A DNA stretch of 63,998 bases, filler included, from Rhizaria sp. SCN 62-66 (Eukaryota), in the NCBI GenBank assembly GCA_001724265.1. It is 4 parts of 4 records of this genome, joined end to end, with 100 filler letters (N's around TTAATTAATTAA, not from the genome) between each part and the next. Parts side by side here need not be neighbours in the genome. Positions count along the whole stretch, not along the records: positions 52,954 to 63,998 come from MEDY01000553.1; 3 more parts are not named here. One strand, given 5' to 3'. Numbering within the stretch: position 1 is the first letter of the stretch; each line of letters opens with the position of its first letter. Positions 59,601 through 63,998 of this stretch are shown here, piece by piece. The position numbers and the translations under genes were made by a program. The notes beneath the pieces were generated by a model. That model was not told where the DNA came from. It worked only from the letters and a program-made list of their open reading frames with translations, and did not search any database.

Positions 59601-60049
59601 CCTACGCCTACGTCGTCTTCTGCCTCGTCTTCCTCGGCGAGAGCCTCGGCACGCTCTTCTGCGCTGTCGTCTATCACGTCGGATTTGCGGTTTCGCTGGT
59701 GACCACGGCGATTGCCACGGCTGACGTCATGGCCGGCTTCCTCTGCGTCAACTCGCACATCGTAGCCCCGCTGCGGTACATCAACTACGCGCTGCCGCCG
59801 CGCTGGGCGGCGCGCGTGCTGGCCGTGCTTGAGTTCGACGGCGCGAGCTTCTATTGCACGCCCGAGCAGACGCTTAGCGACGGCACGTGTCCGCTCACCA
59901 CGGGCGCGCAGGTGCTTGAGATGCTCGAGATGCAGCCCGGCCAGTGGCACGTGTACCTGGCTGCGCTCGCGGCAACCACCGTCGCCTTCAGGACGCTGGC
60001 GCTTGTTGTGCTGCACGTGCGCAAGCCTGCACCGACGGCCGCTGGCTAA
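53657..60049 (+). CDS. Full-size ABCG transporter (NBD-TMD)x2, YOL075c-like, intronless, 2130 aa
   Basis: Walker A GASGCGKT and GGSGSGKS; signatures CSGGEKRR and ISGGEKRR; LDEPTTGLD and LDEPTSGLD; HQPR in both halves; two hydrophobic ABC2 membrane domains. Confidence 0.95.
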   Translation: MPLIEYADIDLRIRYKPSLWRAEQDIHVLRGITGFFRPGGLTALMGASGCGKTTLLNLIAARMDSTPHTVTGSLLFDGRPASAYPALSRRIAYVTQGDFLVPHLTVRESLTFAAALSLPRWLSDAERAARVDSTLAELGLRDCADTLIGDGMTIGCSGGEKRRVSIALQLLTDPAVLILDEPTTGLDTFTALNIVSTLARLAAAHPRLTIIVSLHQPRADIFALFRDVTLLARGRVVYSGPRAHMGPYFDTLGLPCPAGANPADHYIDVTAVDSRTLHGGDLALARIEVLARHWRAHGAAEAAAAETLQQRRAQAAAEAAAAAAEAEAERAGRRVSILSSPVTRGIRRARLSRLRSGLDSPSMAALPSPAWGAAGSALRQPVLALADPATRPSSSSSSSLSTAVTMPPQAAKKSRTRTRFGNTEDAANTDAAAADAVASDDEDEGEDGTDRAVCVATISPSASETTTASIVELQVGEFDDAAEDRAHPIIWADKLEHVKHVPRVSHHYRFAGKRRRSTANGSGNICCNMLHAFFCCDCAAGTDADDNDDDSRDDEDEARINFCTQVYYLAGRFIKAVSRDRLTILGGFIQALGLSLWLGIVFFQLPGDIDGLRARTSVMYLSCTVAPYVTLTAQLYIQLKELAIFDAERPSRRYSPTAYLTARALTAGPTLGVASALASTAVYLMVGLSLSPLATMGRFVGINLISTLFVTALATFSAAVFRSFATASLLANAMFTCFCLGSGFFIQADSLPVFLRWMQYTSYIHHIFTALSSNEFSNRLYDCPLRDMDPDNPLCDLYRGNFVLRKLGVAVDNWTEPAFTALAMAVGVYLLAMLVLSVWKPGPALATGKTDARALVSTALAATALNHEDFFLLPEAEKIKSGSTALTRVGSQNNTSPVEGNDSPVGNGGGNLGVEPVSSTSRCGPFEPADAATVGALHRAGMRAYPTQPLLAALAAAETLEAAASMAAANRVNAAVDQTAAGRTALQLQLRAARPAVTVTLDHYSISVPAPVAAREAAAEAAASRSRWLNALPSSVHNNGSTSSSGSTRPSQAGGFTESASVALLSENGASRERDSDAEDDASLNALLAVAAGADAALLSSPSTLVRADAVAAMEHAGVTLVEPEAAGAEATAYAATEDRVQGDKLTLVRSVNAVFRPGELWAVLGGSGSGKSTLLSGIAQRLTSGSYKHDGGVYFNGAEATPALAHAAVGLVAQHDALLPSLTVHETLTYAARLRLPSAVSALEIARRVGDVIVELGLRECAHSIVGSEEVRGISGGEKRRLSIAVQLVTDPSVLLLDEPTSGLDAFTACNVMRTVQRLARRGRTVIATVHQPRADVAALFDSVLVLSKSRVVYAGPARALALYFSSVPAVLCPLCPPGLSPADWVLDATSVDTRSAQASRESRQRVRALARMFELRRRALENKERARFDVTARSSSNANNNGATTGANNDGSNQISKRENKNTKTDVDADSTAAAAAVLDAVPGSLSARLLTLPALSLTLAGSSANAGASPCANAADADAVEVDAEALAAALVSPVAVSAADLPPLLGPAGAPLPPAAAALARAAAAWPGAVVADPAAEADEPGHDYASVVATAAVAASGVVAGSALAVAAAERAERIEVLGLLVDPAVEPAKPDASESALAVGGAGAAGEDDVFEVVACTHCRVLYTATALTTHCPAAPPALPATALTGAAASAAAALAASAQQPALALLRPLCGLDPAMATALTEDSLHAFARFAVPAAAMRRRTELLARQIAARGNADDIAAAVPSVSTANSIALNAAETSFSRASFDAPLPFSPVAIAFTGANANAPHPSSSASSLVATKPLSAKTLQRQRPRGVERAGFCKAFPVLIRRSWVNLARQPNLLLARLWQIVAFGGMVAAFFWQLGRDQVGLANRIGLVTFSLSVVPVGMLNAVAIFPPERNVFYRERDDAVYGTAPFVASYLSTELFSEILGVVALTAVVGFAAAMESVTTATGFFTYAYVVFCLVFLGESLGTLFCAVVYHVGFAVSLVTTAIATADVMAGFLCVNSHIVAPLRYINYALPPRWAARVLAVLEFDGASFYCTPEQTLSDGTCPLTTGAQVLEMLEMQPGQWHVYLAALAATTVAFRTLALVVLHVRKPAPTAAG

Positions 60050-60523
60050 GATGATTATCCACACCATCTTTTTTGTGCTATCTTTGTCTCAAACGTTGGT
60101 TCTGAGCGTTAAATGAACCGCACGTGCGTTACCTAACATTGTTTGTACCTTCGCTCATTTATCTATGGGTGATTTTTTACTGTGATCATGTTACTGTCTA
60201 GGCGCAAAGCTCGATTACTATACACGTAATTACTTAAATTCTTCTATGCAGACAAAAATATTGACGTTAGTATCTGGATTATATATGTAAATCGCCTGAA
60301 AACAATTTGTGGTGGGAACGTCAAGCCCGTCGTCACTCTTCGATGAGGGTTGGGTCTGAAGTTGAAATGATGTATATCTCACAGCCCGTTCGTTCTATTA
60401 GTGTGGCACGTCGTGTGCGAATCTTGAATACCTTTGTCAAATGTGTTTTTTAAATAGAATATTGCAACTGACTCAAATTACTGTATAATATCCTCTTTCA
60501 CTTCTGGCAACAGAGCAGGCACA

Positions 60524-62637
60524 ATGGAGTTCATCCCTGTTCCCGCCGGACTTGAAGACTTCGGCGCATGGGTCCAGGCATGCTACGAACGCATCCTTCT
60601 CAACATCGACCGTGCGCGCATGTTTTTGGCAGATGACGTCGACAATCTCTTTCTCGACACCCTCTGCCTGTGGCAGAACAAAGTCCGCAACGACGAAGTC
60701 CCCGAGGACTACCCTTCCGTCAACAGCCGTAACAGAAGGACGAACCGGTCTGGCAACCAAGCGGCCGCCGCCGCTGCCGCTGCCGCTGCAGACTCGCCCG
60801 ACGCCGCGCCCGGTACCAAGAAGAGGAGCAAGAACAAGAAGAAGAAGGTCTCGGACTTTGTGGGCATGCGTGCTCTGGGCTCGTCGATGAACGTCTTCAC
60901 GTTGCCCGCCCCCAAGGTCACTGAGAAGATCGACTTTATCGAGATCCGGGTTCGTCAAATACCATCTACGGTTGTATATCCCCACCACCACATACTACTT
61001 TAAGCTTTTAATATCATATCACAGCTCATATCCCTATCATCAATGCGCTCTCGCGTATAAATATCATCACCTTGATGTCGTTAACCTCGCTTTATGGACT
61101 ATATTTCCCCCTTTCTTGCGCAGTACTACGCGTTCCAAGTGGAGCGTGCGTGGCGCAAGAGCCCCGTGCGCGCGCAGCTGCAGTCCGACCTCATCCAGTG
61201 CCGGCGCCTCGTGCGTGAGTTCAAGTCCGACGCCGGGTGGGGCATCTGCAACGACTCGGGTTCTACGCGCACGCTCTACCGCAGGGAACTCCGCCACGAC
61301 ACGCACTCCTTCAAGGTCACCGGGATCGCCGAGTGCGCGCTCATGGACCTCTTTGCCGTTATCTACGAGGCCGATCTGTACGCAGAGTGGTTTCCCTTCA
61401 TGAAGGTACGCAGGCCGTGGCACAACTGTGAACCAAAGGATGCTCCACTAAAGCACAAGTATATGTGTTTATAATGTAACTGTCGTACTGTACATCACAA
61501 GCCTAGTTAGTTGAACAAAAATATGTCTAAATTACCTTCTTTTTGGTTGATTCCCTCTTCTGCCGTAGTCGACGACTGAGCTTGCGACGCTGAGCCGCTT
61601 CCACAAGCTCGTCCACGCCATCGTCATGTGTCCCTGGCCTCTGTCGAACCGCGACATGGTGCTGGAGGCCTTCGGCGTCGACAACACCGAGGTGGGCCGC
61701 GTGCTCATCAACATTCGCTCCATCGAGGCCAACTCGCGCCTGCGCTATACGCCCGTCTCGCCCCTCGCAGCCGCCGAGGCCGCCGCCGCGTCCGCCGCCG
61801 CCGCGTCTCCTGAGGCCAGCGCCAGCCCCGCCGCCGCCGCCGCTGGCTCTGCTGCTTCTGCTGACGCTGCTGCTGCTGCCCCTACGCGCGCGTCGACTGC
61901 GCCCCCGTCGGCCGTGCAGGACTTCGACCTGGCGTCGGTGTTCCCGCCCGAACAGTCGTCGCCGGTGCGCGCGGACTTCGTCATGGGCGGCTACATGCTC
62001 GAGCTGCTGGGCCCGACGACGACGCGCGTGTCTTTCTTCTGCAACGTGGACCCCAAGATCTCCGTTGTACCCACCTCGCTGATGAACTTCATGACGTCTA
62101 AGCTCATCCACGTCGTCATTGGCAAGATGGAGCAGGCCGCCAAGGACACGCGCAAGCCCAACTCAAAGTGGCAGGAGGTACGTCAAAGCGATCGCTTTCC
62201 GGCAAGCTTGACAAGCTCACACGAAGCCATTGCTTGTTGTGTTAAGAACTTTGTGTGAATGAAATGCTATGTATTGAGTCAGGACAAGTCTCTCTCGTCC
62301 CTTTTTGATTGAGTAAGAATAATATTACGGTTAAATGAAGCGTCGTAATCACGAATCACAACTACGACCACGATGACTCACCAACACTCGTCTGTTTACC
62401 TCATTTGCTGAATGCACTGTTTCTTTCTCTCGCGTTTCGCAGCGCTTCGTGCGCAACGCGGCCGTGTACGACGAGGTGCGCGCGATCGCCGAGTCGTGCA
62501 TGGCGCAGGCCAACAGCCCCACGCCGCACATGCACCTGCAATCGGCCACGGCCGCGGCCGCCGAGGGCAAGGAGACGGCGGCTGGGGACGGTAGCGACGA
62601 CGAAGACGAAGAGGCTGAGGACGGAGCCGACGAGTGA
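60524..62637 (+). CDS. START/SRPBCC lipid-binding domain protein; exons 60524-60949, 61124-61405, 61569-62177, 62443-62637
   Basis: LFAVIYEADLYAEWFP, CPWPLSNRD, TRVSFFCNVDPK..VPTSLMNF; three phase-0 GT-AG introns. Confidence 0.85.
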
Positions 62638-62840
62638 GTGGGCGGGCATGCTCGTGCAAGCGACTATGAGCAGTTGTCATAACCTGTGAGAGCACCGGTC
62701 AGAGGGCGGGGCGTGTGCTTGCGCATAAAGCAACCTCAGTGTGAGGGGTTAGGGAGAACCTCATGTTAGTAGGAAGTGCACGGGCCACGTGTTAAGATTT
62801 GCGGCTGAATTGAGACACGTTAGGGACAGTTGCGACAGCA

Positions 62841-63470
62841 TTACTTGCCCTTTGCTCCACTGGTGCGAAGCTATTAAACATTTAAGACAATACAAATACA
62901 ACCAATAGTGAGACACATTGTTCATTAAGCAGATGTACAACCAGAGTAGCAAGCGGCGCTCGACAGTGTCAAGAGTCGTGAAACACAAACCAATATGCAG
63001 CAAGAGACATTGATGCATTAATGACAAAGAGGAGCTAGGGGTCAACATAGAATAACAGACGAAGAGGGGGCGTACCCAGGTCTGGAAGCACGTCTTAAGA
63101 GAGTTGAACTGGGGGCCGCAGACGTCCTTAGAGAGCGTCGTCAGGTTCTCCTGCACGCACTGGGCATACACAAACGACTGCACAGGCGCGTACGTGAATG
63201 AGGCGATGAACATAGATTAAATGAGGAAGATGTCGAAGAGTGATGAGCAATGGTGTTAGGATGCAAGCACGTTCAATCGGGAGCAGAATGCAAACTAAGA
63301 CGGCGAGAGGCATACATTCGCTAGCGTGGCACAGAGCCGGCAAGTATAATGCACAAAATAGTTGTGTGTAACAGTTAGCCGGAGCAAGAGTAGTGACGAA
63401 CCTCCTTGCTGCACGAGAGCGCGCCGCGGGCGAGCTTAGTGGTGATGATACGGGGAGGGCCGGAGCTCAT
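62841..63470 (-). CDS. NDUFAF8: Twin CX9C protein, complex I assembly factor NDUFAF8-like; exons 63470-63402, 63177-63076, 62870-62841 (last tentative)
   Basis: Spliced ..GALSCSKESFVYAQCVQENLTTLSKDVCGPQFNSLKTCFQTW has the C-x9-C..SKD.C-x9-C pattern typical of NDUFAF8. Confidence 0.75.
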
Positions 63471-63835
63471 TGTGGGTCTAACCTACACAGAGGGTATAAT
63501 GCCGTCATATTCAGTATAAAAAGAAAGAGTGTGTGAAATAGGTAAGTATGGTCGAAAAAGCAAGTCTCGTCGTTATAGACGGATCGTTAGCAGCTGGCGA
63601 AACGATACAAAAGTTAGCCTCATAGCAACGACTCGAACAAGAGCACGTGCAAAGCCCACCGCAAAACAGAGTGACCGTTTATGCGGCGCAATCACATCAA
63701 AACATGGTAGTAGCGGACACGAGAGTGTGTGAAAAAGATAACTCATGAGCATGACAAGATAAGCAAGTATGGTCAATGGTATTATGTTAGGTGCGTTCTG
63801 TATTTTGAAATGTTTGTAAAGATTACATCAACACT

Positions 63836-63998
63836 TTACGCGCGGGCAGCCTTGGCCATGGTGGTGGCAATGACGTCGAGCTCGCGGCGGCCAGCGGCAG
63901 TGATGAAGCGGCCGGTGCGGCCCTCCTTCTTGCCGATGAGCTTGGCGGCCTCGAGGGCCTGGACGGCGAAGCGGATGTTGCCGGAGGCAGCCTTGCCG
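63836..63998 (-). CDS. RPS19: 40S ribosomal protein S19 (eS19), 3' end
   Basis: GKAASGNIRFAVQALEAAKLIGKKEGRTGRFITAAGRRELDVIATTMAKAARA-TAA matches the eS19 C-terminus. Confidence 0.9.
   Translation of the reverse strand, partial: GKAASGNIRFAVQALEAAKLIGKKEGRTGRFITAAGRRELDVIATTMAKAARA

Overview
Gene-dense nuclear DNA of a eukaryotic microbe, probably a flagellated, mitochondriate protist (CIMIP2/FAM166, NDUFAF8 and a presequence-bearing FKBP are present). Exons are GC-rich, and the short AT/pyrimidine-rich spliceosomal introns almost all have GTNCG donors. Three N-gaps carry an artificial TTAATTAATTAA linker. About 22 genes or gene fragments can be modelled: a giant Pumilio, RPL10A, RPS29, RPS19, PPCS, FKBP, CCT6, a triple-GYF protein, a saposin-like secreted protein, an auxilin-like J protein, CIMIP2, a full-size ABCG, a START protein, NDUFAF8, several low-complexity hypotheticals and a decayed Tc1/mariner. 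Two signals stand out. (1) A likely non-standard nuclear code: three long genes are each split by one in-frame TAG (9695, 21170, 28040), 19 of 20 modelled gene ends are TAA/TGA, and the single TAG end (44663) has a TAA 10 codons later. An internal-repeat alignment favours UAG=Leu. (2) A ~6 kb compositionally distinct, intronless island (24.9-31.0 kb), bracketed by TACATGTA palindromes, encodes about nine novel helical repeats, a Cys-rich knot and a uracil-DNA-glycosylase domain with substituted specificity and catalytic residues. All calls are by eye; no searches were run.
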